A DNA stretch of 64,000 nucleotides from contig CAVPCW010000011.1 in the NCBI GenBank assembly GCA_963702555.1, positions 499,753 to 563,752 on the forward strand. The letters run 5' to 3'. This DNA is from an uncultured Actinomycetes bacterium. GTDB lineage: Bacteria; Actinomycetota; Acidimicrobiia; Acidimicrobiales; Acidimicrobilacustridaceae. The notes beneath the pieces are model-generated. The model was not told the origin of the DNA. It did no database searches and was given only the letters and a program-made list of their open reading frames with translations. A program made the position numbers and the translations under genes. Position 1 is the stretch's first letter. Each line of letters opens with the position of its first letter. Shown here piece after piece: positions 33,885 to 42,693 of the stretch.

Positions 33885-35108
33885 TCAGAGGATGGCGCCC
33901 GAGGCCTTCATCGCCTCGAGGTCGTCCCAGTCGAGGCCGGCGGCCAGCAGCACCAGTTCCGTGTGCTCGCCGTGCTCCGGGCACCGGCTGACCTCGACCG
34001 CCTGCTCGTCGAACTGGGCGGGGCTGGCCACGAGCTGGACCTCCTGGCCGTTGCCGGCGGTCATGGTGGGCAGATAGCCGTTGGCGATGACCTGGGGGTC
34101 CTCGTAGAGCTCGTCGAGGGTCTGGAACGGGGTCCACACGCCGTCGAAGTCGGCCAGCGCCTCCTTCCAGTGGGAAAGAGGGTGTGCGCCGAACGCCTCG
34201 TCGAGCAGGGTGATGCACTCGGCGCTGTTCTCCGCCCGGGCGGCGTGGTCGATGAAGCGCTCGTCGGTGGCCATCTCGGGCCTGCCGAGCCGGCGCACGA
34301 AGTCGGTCCAGAACTTGTCGCTCTGCAGGAGGATGAGGCTGATGTACCGGTCATCGGCGGTGCGATAGGCCCCGACCACGGGGTTGGGCGACAGCTTGCG
34401 GTCGCTCTGCTGGGGCATCTTCGTCATCCCGAAGAGCTTCGAGGCCACGATCAGAGGGGAGATCTGCCACATGGCCGTGGCCAGCAGGGACACGTCGACG
34501 ACGCTGGTCTCACCGGTGTTGGCCCGCTTGAACAACGCCGCGGCGATGGCGCCGGCCGTGGCGAGCCCGCCCATCACGTCGCCGTACGCCGGCCCCGGCT
34601 GACCCGCCGGCCACCCTTCGGCGTTCTCGGGCAGGATCGAGGCCATGCCGCTGCGGGCCCAGAACGAGGCGCCGTCGTAGCCGCCCTTCTCGGCATCGGG
34701 CCCCTTGGGACCCTGCCCGGTGCCCTTGGCGATGATGATCCGGGGGTTCCGGGCGCGGATGTCCTCGATGTCGATGCCCAGCTTCCGCCGGACCTTGGGC
34801 ATGTAGTTCGTGAGCAGCACATCGGCGGTCTCGACGAGCTTCAGGAACGCCTCGTGTCCATCGGGTTTGGTGAGATCGATGGCCACCGACTGCTTGCCCC
34901 GGTTGGGCTGCTCCATCATGAAGTTCACCCCGCCCGCGCCACCGGGTACGAGGCCGGACGTGACGAGGCCCCGTTGCGGGTCACCACCCAGCGGAGGTTC
35001 CACCTTGATGACCTCGGCCCCCCAGTCGACGAGCACGGCGCCCCCCGACGGGATGAACATCCAGCTCGACAGTTCGATGACGCGAATGCCGTCCAATGGT
35101 CCTGACAT
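33885..35108 (-). CDS. Family III CoA-transferase (CaiB/BaiF type)
   Basis: ATG at 35108 (MSGPLDGIRVIELSSWMFIPSGGAVLVDWGAEVIKVEPP). This is the C-terminal 407 aa of the 817-aa track ORF. Confidence 0.9.
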   Translation of the reverse strand: MSGPLDGIRVIELSSWMFIPSGGAVLVDWGAEVIKVEPPLGGDPQRGLVTSGLVPGGAGGVNFMMEQPNRGKQSVAIDLTKPDGHEAFLKLVETADVLLTNYMPKVRRKLGIDIEDIRARNPRIIIAKGTGQGPKGPDAEKGGYDGASFWARSGMASILPENAEGWPAGQPGPAYGDVMGGLATAGAIAAALFKRANTGETSVVDVSLLATAMWQISPLIVASKLFGMTKMPQQSDRKLSPNPVVGAYRTADDRYISLILLQSDKFWTDFVRRLGRPEMATDERFIDHAARAENSAECITLLDEAFGAHPLSHWKEALADFDGVWTPFQTLDELYEDPQVIANGYLPTMTAGNGQEVQLVASPAQFDEQAVEVSRCPEHGEHTELVLLAAGLDWDDLEAMKASGAIL

Positions 35109-35130
35109 TGTGCTTCGTTCCCCTTGGTCG

Positions 35131-35147
35131 ATGACGGGGTCGGCAGA
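35131..35147. promoter_or_regulatory. Degenerate box ATGACGGGGTCGGCAGA (one mismatch to GTCAGA)
   Basis: Lies 23 nt upstream of the CoA-transferase start and just after the ALDH stop. Confidence 0.2.
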
Positions 35148-35152
35148 CTGGC

Positions 35153-36616
35153 TCAGGCCTGCGGCCAGCCGACGGTCTTGGTCTCGGTGAAGATCTCCAG
35201 CCCCTCGATACCGCACTGGCGGCCGATGCCCGACTGCTTGTAGCCACCGAACGGGGCATCGGCGCCGTACCAGACCCCACCGTTGAGCGCGAGCGTGCCG
35301 GTACGGATGCGGCGGGCGACGGACTTGGCCCGTTCGAGGTCCCCCGAGGTGATGGCTCCGGAGAGGCCGTACCGGCTGTCGTTGGCGATGCGGACCGCGT
35401 CGTCGTCGTCGTCGTAGCCGATCATGACGAGCACCGGCCCGAAGATCTCCTCCTGGGCGATGGTCATCGAGTTGTCCACGTCGGCGAACAGGGTCGGCTC
35501 GACGTAGAAGCCCTTGTCGAACTGAGGAGGGACCCCACCGCCGGTGACGAGCCGTGCGCCCTGCGCCTTGCCCTTCTCGATGTAGTCGAGCACCCGGAGC
35601 TGTTGGCGCTTCGAGACCTGCGGGCCCTGGAGGTTCGACGGGTCGGTGGGGTCTCCGTAGGTGACCGCGGCGAAGGCGGCGGCGACGATGTCGACCGCTT
35701 CGGCGTAGCGCGAGTTGGGAACCATGAGGCGGGTCGGGATGGCACAACCCTGGCCGGCATGGAAGCAGGCCCCTGCGGCGCCGGGAAGGGCCGCGGTCAG
35801 GTCGGCGTCGTCGAGCACCAGGTTGACGGACTTGCCTCCCAACTCGAGGAAGACCGGCTTCAGGGTGTCCGCGGCGGCGGCCATGATGCGCCGTCCCGTG
35901 GCCGTCGACCCGGTGAAGGCCATCATGTCGACGTCGGGGGAGGTGCTCATCACCTCGCCGATGAGGTGGTCCTGGCCGACGACGATGTTGACCACCCCCG
36001 GGGGGATGTCGGTCTTCTCGGCGATGAGGCGACCGAGACGCAGTGCGTTCCACGGGGTGTCGGGGGCGGGCTTGAGAACGCAGGTGTTGCCCATGGCCAG
36101 CACCGGGCCGAGCTTGTTGAGGATGATCTCGATCGGGAAGTTCCACGGCACGATGACGGCCACGACCCCGATCGGCTCCTTCCACACCTCTCGTTCGGTC
36201 TGCACGCCCATGCCGAACGCGTCCTTCGGGCCGAGGGACCGCGTCCACTCGAACCGGTCGATCATCTCGGCCGGCCACAGCAGCGCTTCGCGGAGCGGCG
36301 CGTCGAGCTGTGGCCCGTAGGTGAGCAGCACCGGGCAACCGACCTCGGCCACCAGCTCGGCCCGCAGCTCCTCCTGTTCGGACTCGATGGCGGCCTGGAG
36401 CTGGAGCAGGCAGGTCTTGCGGAACGCGTGGTCGGTCGCCCAGCCGGTGGTGTCGAACGCGGCGCGGGCCGCGGCGATGGCGGCACGCATGTCGGCGGCG
36501 GTGCCGTCGGCGACCGGCCCGAGCACCTCTTCGGTGGCGGGGTTGATGTTGTCGAAGGTGCCGCCCCCCTCGGCGTCGACCAGCTTTCCTCCGATGAGCA
36601 GGCGTGCGTCGCCCAT
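35153..36616 (-). CDS. NAD(P)-dependent aldehyde dehydrogenase
   Basis: 487 aa. Motifs FTGSTATGRRIM, ELGGKS and the catalytic-Cys region GQGCAIPTR. Confidence 0.9.
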   Translation of the reverse strand: MGDARLLIGGKLVDAEGGGTFDNINPATEEVLGPVADGTAADMRAAIAAARAAFDTTGWATDHAFRKTCLLQLQAAIESEQEELRAELVAEVGCPVLLTYGPQLDAPLREALLWPAEMIDRFEWTRSLGPKDAFGMGVQTEREVWKEPIGVVAVIVPWNFPIEIILNKLGPVLAMGNTCVLKPAPDTPWNALRLGRLIAEKTDIPPGVVNIVVGQDHLIGEVMSTSPDVDMMAFTGSTATGRRIMAAAADTLKPVFLELGGKSVNLVLDDADLTAALPGAAGACFHAGQGCAIPTRLMVPNSRYAEAVDIVAAAFAAVTYGDPTDPSNLQGPQVSKRQQLRVLDYIEKGKAQGARLVTGGGVPPQFDKGFYVEPTLFADVDNSMTIAQEEIFGPVLVMIGYDDDDDAVRIANDSRYGLSGAITSGDLERAKSVARRIRTGTLALNGGVWYGADAPFGGYKQSGIGRQCGIEGLEIFTETKTVGWPQA

Positions 36617-36722
36617 GATCGTGTTCCCCCGTGCGGTGATGGTGTTGGGTCGGGTGTCGCGGTGGTGTGGTGCGGTCGACTCCAGAGTCGCGGTCGAGCG
36701 GCTCGTCAGGGTCTGGACTCGT

Positions 36723-37922
36723 TCACCAGACGAGTTCGAGGTTCTCCACCGATCGGAGCCCCTGGCTGTAGACGAGTTCGATGCCCTCGGCGAGGGCGTA
36801 GCTGGGCACGGCGGCGTGCCACTCCTCGATCGCCACCCGTAGTTCCATGCGGGCGAGGTGGGACCCGAGGCAGCGGTGGGCGCCGCCCCCGAAGGCCAGG
36901 TGCTTGTTCGACTCGCGGGTGAAGTCGATCGTGTCGACGTCGGGCCAGGCCTTCTCGTCGGTGTTGGCCGAGCCGAGCATCACACTGACGGTCGTGCCCT
37001 TCTCGATGGGGCAGCCGGCCAGGACGGTGTCCTCGGTGGTGATGCGCACGACACCTGAGACCGGGCTCTCCCAGCGCAGCATCTCCTCGATGGCGGAGGG
37101 GATCAGCGCAGGGTCGTCGACGATCGACTGGCGGTGTTCGGGGTGCTGCGCGAGGTAGGCGACGAAGCAGTCGAGCGAGGCGGTGACCGTGTCGAGGCCG
37201 GCGAGGAAGAACAGGTAGCAGATGTCGAGGATCTCGTCATGGGTCAGCGTGTGCCCGTCGACCTCGGCGGTCAGGAACCCCGAGATGAAGTCGTCCCGGG
37301 GGTCCTTGGTCCGCTCGTCGAGCACCTCCTCGAGCACGGCGTAGATCTTGGCTCCGGTGGCGTTCACCAACTCGAGGCGTTCCTCGGGCGTGTGGGCCGG
37401 AGGGCGGATGATGCCGTCCTTGAGCTCGATGAACTCCCTGCGACGCGACACCGGGAGGCCGAGCAACTCCAGGAACACGGTGGTGGGCAGTGGTTCGGCG
37501 ACGGCGCTGTGGAAGTTGCCCTGACCCTGGTCGACGATCTCACCGATCATCTCGCGCACGAGAGCCCGCGTCCGGTCCTCGATGGCCGCGGCCTGCTTGG
37601 GAGCGAACAGCGGGTCGAGGATCTTGCGGAAGTTCTTGTGGTCCGGGGGATCGATCTGGAGGGGGATGAGCGGTCGGACCTGCCCGATGTGCACGGCGTC
37701 GATGCCCGAGGAGAACACCTCGGGGTGCTTGAGGACCTCGCGGACCTCGGCTTCGCCGGCGACCAGCACCATGGTGGCGCTGGTGCCCACGCCCATGTTG
37801 TCCATCGGCATCACCGGCGCCACGCTGCGGAGCATCTGGTACCCCTCCTGGGGGTGGGCCAGCAGGTGGAGATCGATCCCCGGATCGTCGCCGTCGACCT
37901 TGACCGGTTCGCTGGAGCTCAC
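36723..37922 (-). CDS. Cytochrome P450
   Basis: 399 aa. Heme loop FGGGAHRCLGSHLARMEL and EMLRWESP (ExxR). Confidence 0.9.
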   Translation of the reverse strand: MSSSEPVKVDGDDPGIDLHLLAHPQEGYQMLRSVAPVMPMDNMGVGTSATMVLVAGEAEVREVLKHPEVFSSGIDAVHIGQVRPLIPLQIDPPDHKNFRKILDPLFAPKQAAAIEDRTRALVREMIGEIVDQGQGNFHSAVAEPLPTTVFLELLGLPVSRRREFIELKDGIIRPPAHTPEERLELVNATGAKIYAVLEEVLDERTKDPRDDFISGFLTAEVDGHTLTHDEILDICYLFFLAGLDTVTASLDCFVAYLAQHPEHRQSIVDDPALIPSAIEEMLRWESPVSGVVRITTEDTVLAGCPIEKGTTVSVMLGSANTDEKAWPDVDTIDFTRESNKHLAFGGGAHRCLGSHLARMELRVAIEEWHAAVPSYALAEGIELVYSQGLRSVENLELVW

Positions 37923-37963
37923 GGATCCTCCTCGGATGGGTGCCGAGCCCTGTCTAGCGCAAA

Positions 37964-37980
37964 TCTAACGTCAGTGTCAT
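37964..37980. promoter_or_regulatory. Candidate operator box TCTAACGTCAGTGTCAT
   Basis: Lies in the divergent region between the P450-ALDH-CoA-transferase operon (start 37922) and the acyl-CoA ligase (start 38038). Confidence 0.55.
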
Positions 37981-38037
37981 GGAGAAGGGCGGGGCGCTAA
38001 GGTCCGCCTGGCTCGCCGGCATCGAACTCGGGGGAGT

Positions 38038-39657
38038 GTGATGTTCGACCTCGATGACCATGGGCTGGTCGCCTCGGCCACTCCACCACGTGACATCGGT
38101 GGACCTCGATCGGTGGCGCGCCTGATCGACGGAGCTCGCGCCGTCGAACCGGACCGGGTGCTGCTCGTCGGCCGCCACGATCGCCACACGGCGGCCGACC
38201 TCGACGAGCTGAGCACCCGCGTGGCGGCGATGCTGCACCAGCTCGGTGTGCGGCCCGGGGCCCGGGTGGCCGCGGCCCTGCCCAACGACGACGCCATCGT
38301 GGTGGCGTTCCTCGGCGCGATGAAGGCCGGGGCGATCTGGGTCGGGTTGAACCGGGCACTGGCCGCGCCCGAGAAGGCGTACATGCTGCGCGATGCCCAG
38401 GTCTCGGTCCTGTTCGCCGACCCGGAGACAGCCGATCAGCTCGTCGAGGCGCGCCGCGAGCTGCCCGACCTCGATCGGGTCGTCGTGGTGGCCCCGGACG
38501 ACGATGATCGTGACGAGTGGACGCAGCTCCTGCGTTCGGCTCCCGTCATGGAGCTCGCCGACGTGGAACCCGGCTGGCCCGCCGCGATCGCCTACACGAG
38601 CGGCACGACCGGGTTCCCGAAGGGGGCCGTCCACACTCATCACAACCTGTTGCTCCCCGGCAAGGTCGGACGGCGACGACTGCTCCCCCCGGACCCGGCC
38701 CATCGACCGGTCATGGGGGTGGCATTGCCCCTCACCATCCTCAACCTCATGGTGCTCGGTCCGATCGCCGCCTTCCAGAGCGGCACGCCGGTCGTGGCCA
38801 TGGACCGCATCGACGCCGTGGGAATGGCCGAGTGGATCGAGCGGGAGCGGATCACGACGTTCGCCGCGGTCCCGGCCATGGTGCACGACCTGCTGACCCA
38901 CCCGGACGTCAACGATGAGATGCTCCGCAGCATCGAGGCCATCGGCGTCGGCGGCGCCGACATGCCGGAGGCCTTCCGGCGGATGTACGAGGAGCGATTC
39001 GGTCGAAGGGTGGGCACCGGCTACGGCCTGACCGAAGCACCGACGAGCGTCACCATGGAGGACGTCGCCCTACCGCCGGTGCCGGGGACGTGCGGCCGGG
39101 CGCTGCCCCACATCCGGATCCAGATCGTCGACGGGGCCGGCGCCGAGCTGCCTTCTGGTGAGCCCGGTGAGGTGTGCATCGGCCCCGCGCTCGAGGGAGA
39201 CCTCGCCGACGTCTACCGCCCCATGCTCGGCTACTGGAACCGGCCGGCCGAGAGCCGTGAGGCCCTCCGAGGGGGCGTGCTCCACACCAACGACGTCGGG
39301 TACCTCGACGACGACGGCAACCTCTTCATCAAGGACCGTCGCAACGACCTCATCGTGCGGGGCGGAGCCAACGTCTATCCCGCCGAGGTGGAGCGAGTGC
39401 TGCACGACGAGCCGGCGGTCGCGGCGTGCGCGGTGATCGGCCGGCCCGACGAGCGCCTGGGGGAGCGGGTGGTGGCATTCGTCGAGCTCGTTCCCGGGAC
39501 CGAGCTCGACCCCGAGGCGTTGCTCGAGCGTTGTCGGGCGAACCTGGCCCGCTACAAGGTGCCGGAGTCGATCACCGTGGTCGAGCGCTTCGACCGCACG
39601 CCGATGGGCAAGATCCGCAAGACCACGCTGCGCGAGCGGGTCGCCGACCAGGCGTGA
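38038..39657 (+). CDS. AMP-dependent acyl-CoA synthetase
   Basis: 539 aa. Motifs YTSGTTGFPKGA and GYGLTE, with a C-terminal PMGKIRK. The start is GTG 38038 or ATG 38041, behind GGGGAG. Confidence 0.9.
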   Translation: MMFDLDDHGLVASATPPRDIGGPRSVARLIDGARAVEPDRVLLVGRHDRHTAADLDELSTRVAAMLHQLGVRPGARVAAALPNDDAIVVAFLGAMKAGAIWVGLNRALAAPEKAYMLRDAQVSVLFADPETADQLVEARRELPDLDRVVVVAPDDDDRDEWTQLLRSAPVMELADVEPGWPAAIAYTSGTTGFPKGAVHTHHNLLLPGKVGRRRLLPPDPAHRPVMGVALPLTILNLMVLGPIAAFQSGTPVVAMDRIDAVGMAEWIERERITTFAAVPAMVHDLLTHPDVNDEMLRSIEAIGVGGADMPEAFRRMYEERFGRRVGTGYGLTEAPTSVTMEDVALPPVPGTCGRALPHIRIQIVDGAGAELPSGEPGEVCIGPALEGDLADVYRPMLGYWNRPAESREALRGGVLHTNDVGYLDDDGNLFIKDRRNDLIVRGGANVYPAEVERVLHDEPAVAACAVIGRPDERLGERVVAFVELVPGTELDPEALLERCRANLARYKVPESITVVERFDRTPMGKIRKTTLRERVADQA

Positions 39658-39694
39658 TCGGCGACCCTTCTCGGAGCCGACTCGGCCGCGGTGA

Positions 39695-40597
39695 CTAGGC
39701 CGGCGCAGCGGCGCGAGCGGTGGTCTTCTCGGCCGGCACGACCGGCGCAGCGTCTTTCCAGGGGGCGACGCCGTCGGCGGGCTGGGCCGCCGGGAAGCGG
39801 TCGTCATGTACCTCCGCCCAGTGGGAGTGGTTGAGCTGGTGGATCGTGAAGCACACGTTGAGGGCGTTGTGGAAGCCCTGGTTGTCGACGGTCTGGTTGA
39901 CGGACTCCTTGATCATGAGCGCGGTCATCGTCGGCAGCTCGGCGATCCGACGCGCCAACTCGTTGGTCCGCGCCGCGAGGTCGTCGCGCGGGAAGACCTT
40001 CGACACCATGCCGAGGCGGTGGGCCTCGTCGATGTCGAGGCTGTCCCCGGTCAGGAGGAGCTCCTTGGCCTTGCGGGGCCCGAACTCCCACGGGTGGGCG
40101 AAGTACTCGAGCCCGCACATGCCGAGCCGGGTGCCCACGACATCGGCGAAGGTGACGTCGTCGGCGCCGACGATCAGGTCGCAGGCCCACATCAACATCA
40201 GCCCGGCCCCGTAGACCTTGCCGTGGACCTCGGCGATGGTGATCTTGCGCAGGTTCCGCCACCGCAGCGTGTTCTGGAAGTAGTAGTGCCACTCGCCGAG
40301 CATCCGGGCCTCGGCTCCCTTGCGGGTGGCGCCGTTGATCTTGAACGTCGGATGGTTGGCGTACTCGTCACGAGCCTGGGCCGAGCCCATGTCGTGCCCC
40401 GACGAGAAGAGCGTCCCCTCGCCGCCCAGGATCACCACCCGCACCTGATCGTCGGCCTGGGCGCGCATGAACGCGTCGTCGAGCTCGACGAGCATGCCGC
40501 GGTTCTGGGCGTTCCTCGCCTCGGGTCGGTCGAGCATGATTCGGGCGATGAGGCCGTCGTCGAGGGTCTCGTAGCTGATGAACTCGTACTCGGGCAT
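39695..40597 (-). CDS. Enoyl-CoA hydratase/isomerase family protein (~300 aa)
   Basis: ORF 39695-40645; ATG 40597 lies behind GAGGAG (MPEYEFISYETLDDGLIARIMLDRPEARNA). Confidence 0.85.
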   Translation of the reverse strand: MPEYEFISYETLDDGLIARIMLDRPEARNAQNRGMLVELDDAFMRAQADDQVRVVILGGEGTLFSSGHDMGSAQARDEYANHPTFKINGATRKGAEARMLGEWHYYFQNTLRWRNLRKITIAEVHGKVYGAGLMLMWACDLIVGADDVTFADVVGTRLGMCGLEYFAHPWEFGPRKAKELLLTGDSLDIDEAHRLGMVSKVFPRDDLAARTNELARRIAELPTMTALMIKESVNQTVDNQGFHNALNVCFTIHQLNHSHWAEVHDDRFPAAQPADGVAPWKDAAPVVPAEKTTARAAAPA

Positions 40598-40649
40598 CGG
40601 GGTGCTCCTCTGGCGATGGTCTCCGACGGGGAGTGATGGCGCCACGTAG

Positions 40650-40666
40650 ATGACGTGTCTGTCAGA
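40650..40666. promoter_or_regulatory. Candidate operator box ATGACGTGTCTGTCAGA
   Basis: Lies 53 nt upstream of the hydratase start at 40597. It shares the extended flank GTAGATGACGTG with the box at 6704. Confidence 0.55.
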
Positions 40667-40770
40667 ATACCCGTCGTGTCGCGCCGGGGTTTCTGGCTGG
40701 GAGTTCGGCTGCCTCGCCGGTCGGGAACTCGATGGTCGGGCCCGCTCGGTGGTCGCCTAGCCTCTCGACG

Positions 40771-41640
40771 ATGACGCGGATCGCCGACCTCCTCGCCGCG
40801 GGGCGCACCTGCTCGTTCGAGTTCTTCCCCCCGAAGACCGACGAGGCGGCGCGCTCGCTCGAGAAGACCATCGCCGAGCTCGAGGTGCTGCACCCGTCCT
40901 TCGTGTCGGTCACCTACGGCGCCGGCGGCTCCACCCGCGAGCGCACCCGCGACATCGTCATCCACATCGAGCGCGACACCGGCGTCACCGCCATGGCCCA
41001 CCTGACCTGCGTCGGGCACACCACCGAGCAGCTCTCGGGCCTGCTGAACGAGTACCGCGATGCCGGCATCTCCAACATCTTGGCCCTCGCCGGCGACCCG
41101 CCCCCCGATGCGCCCGACGCCTTCGACACCGGCGATTTCGTCCACGCCCTCGAGCTGGTCGAGCTGATCCGCGAGCACGACGCCTTCTCGGTCGGCGTGG
41201 CCGCCCACCCCGAGGGCCACCCCCGCTCGCCCGACCTCGAGTCCGACCGGCGTCACCTCGCCGCCAAGCTCGAGGCCGCCGACTTCGCCATCACCCAGTT
41301 CTTCTTCGAGGTCGAGCCGTACCTGTCGATGGTCGACGACCTCGCCGCCCTGGGCTGCACGAAGCCGGTGATCCCGGGGATCATGCCGGTCACCAACGCC
41401 GGCCAGGTCGCCCGGTTCGCCCAGCTCGCCGGGGCCGAGTTCCCGCGGCATCTCGCCGAGCGGTTCGAGGCGGTGGCCGACGACGCCGAGGCCGTGCGCC
41501 AGCTAGGCGTGCAGCTGGCCACCGAGCTCTGCGAGCGGCTGCTGGCCGAGGGCGTGCCCGGCCTGCACTTCTACACGTTGAACCGGTCGACGGCGACCCG
41601 CGAGATCGCCACCAACCTCGGCCTCGACCGCTCGAACTGA
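40771..41640 (+). CDS. metF: Methylenetetrahydrofolate reductase
   Basis: ATG 40771 within ORF 40732-41640. Sequence MTRIADLLAAGRTCSFEFFPPKT ... VSVTYGAGGSTRERT ... HLTCVGH. Confidence 0.85.
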   Translation: MTRIADLLAAGRTCSFEFFPPKTDEAARSLEKTIAELEVLHPSFVSVTYGAGGSTRERTRDIVIHIERDTGVTAMAHLTCVGHTTEQLSGLLNEYRDAGISNILALAGDPPPDAPDAFDTGDFVHALELVELIREHDAFSVGVAAHPEGHPRSPDLESDRRHLAAKLEAADFAITQFFFEVEPYLSMVDDLAALGCTKPVIPGIMPVTNAGQVARFAQLAGAEFPRHLAERFEAVADDAEAVRQLGVQLATELCERLLAEGVPGLHFYTLNRSTATREIATNLGLDRSN

Positions 41641-41677
41641 GCCGGGCCTGCGTCGGGCACGGGTCGGGACTGAGCCC

Positions 41678-41694
41678 GGTCGCTCCGAGCGACC
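41678..41694. terminator. Hairpin GGTCGCT-CCG-AGCGACC between convergent genes
   Basis: 7-bp perfect stem with a 3-nt loop, between the metF stop (41640) and the lipoprotein stop (41716). Confidence 0.35.
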
Positions 41695-41715
41695 GACCGG
41701 ACGGCACCCGTGTGG

Positions 41716-42543
41716 CTACGAGCTGGCGACCAGCGAGAGCTGGGTGGCGCCCGTGCCGTCGCGGAGCGTGACCTGCTGGCCGGTGCGCTCCCAGGTCGCC
41801 GAGGCGGTGAGGGCGGCGAGGAACTGCTGCTCGAAGGCCTGGGCATCGGCCTCGCACGCCATCATCGTGGCCGCCACGTTCCCGTCGATGACGATGGTGT
41901 CGCCGGTCACCTCGTAGGTGCCGGAGAACGAGTTGCAGCCGGTGTTGCCGCTCACCGTGCCGTCGGCGCCGAAGGTGATGTTGGCGTTCTCGGCCGCCGA
42001 GGAGCCGACGACGGCGCCGTTGCCGTTGTTGACGCCGGTGACGGCGTAGGCGCCCTCGATGCCGTCGGGGCCCCGGGTCCAGGTGAACAGGGCGCTCCCG
42101 GAGGAGTCCTCCATGGTGAGGGTGGTGCCGCTGAGCGTGGAGTCGGTGACCTTCGGAAGGCCGGTGGTGAGCGCCGTCTCCTGGGCGGTGACCGCGGGGT
42201 CGGTGCACGCCATCTGGTTCATGGCGCCGGGGGTGATGGTGAACGCACCGTTGGGTGAGCCGGTCCAGGTGCCGACCAGGTTGTTGCAGCCGGTGGTGCC
42301 GGCGAACTTCCCGCCGGTGGTGAGGGTGATGGTGGCCGGTGTGGCGGCGGCCGGGGTCTGGGCCGAGCCCGACAGGTAGGAGGTGAGGGTCCAGGCGCCG
42401 TCGATGCCATCGCCGTCGGAGGTGGTGGTCGCCGTGGTGGAGGCCGAGCTGCCGGAGCTGGAGCTGCTCGATCCGCAGGCGGTCGCCACGAGGGCGAGGG
42501 TGGCGAGGGCGATGGCGGCCAGGACGGCGAAGTGTCGACGCAT
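41716..42543 (-). CDS. Lipoprotein with two META (HslJ-like) domains
   Basis: ATG 42543 (MRRHFAVLAAIALATLALVATACGSSSSS, lipobox). There are two repeats, each with the GCN..(V/S)G(T/Y) ... M(A/M)AC pattern of META domains. Confidence 0.75.
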   Translation of the reverse strand: MRRHFAVLAAIALATLALVATACGSSSSSSGSSASTTATTTSDGDGIDGAWTLTSYLSGSAQTPAAATPATITLTTGGKFAGTTGCNNLVGTWTGSPNGAFTITPGAMNQMACTDPAVTAQETALTTGLPKVTDSTLSGTTLTMEDSSGSALFTWTRGPDGIEGAYAVTGVNNGNGAVVGSSAAENANITFGADGTVSGNTGCNSFSGTYEVTGDTIVIDGNVAATMMACEADAQAFEQQFLAALTASATWERTGQQVTLRDGTGATQLSLVASS

Positions 42544-42693
42544 GGCCGAGACGTTATGCGCCGAGGGGACGCGGGCATGGGTCATGGGTCCCGGGCGGTC
42601 GTGGTGGCAGACGGCCGTCGCGGGGGCGACCACCACCCCGGTAACCTCCGCCGTGGCCCCCGGGGCCATGTAGGGGAACGCCCGAGGAGCGAC

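Noticed and set aside
33885-36338. 817-aa ORF that would fuse the CoA-transferase to an N-terminal extension
   Set aside because: The extension is out-of-frame sequence over the aldehyde dehydrogenase gene (35153-36616) and is Arg/Pro-rich. The CoA-transferase has a canonical N-terminus at ATG 35108.
36617-36722. GT-rich 106-bp spacer between the P450 and aldehyde dehydrogenase genes as a possible regulatory RNA
   Set aside because: It contains only small local palindromes (GACTC-TG-GAGTC) and a short direct repeat (TCGACCGC). It has no box and no convincing extended structure. It is most likely an ordinary intra-operon spacer.
1841-40666. Whether the recurrent box is simply the mycobacterial KstR or KstR2 operator
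   Set aside because: The published KstR consensus (TnnAACnnGTTnnA) and KstR2 consensus (AnCAAGnnCTTGnT) have different half-sites and spacing from TGAC-N6-GTyAG. I treat the box as a distinct motif. The gene content is steroid/lipid-like, but I cannot assert that the substrate is a steroid.
40667-40770. Possible SAM or other riboswitch in the metF leader
   Set aside because: I could not recognise any conserved riboswitch core (for example the SAM-I or SAM-IV junction motifs) by eye. Only generic GC-rich pairing is present. An Infernal scan would be needed.
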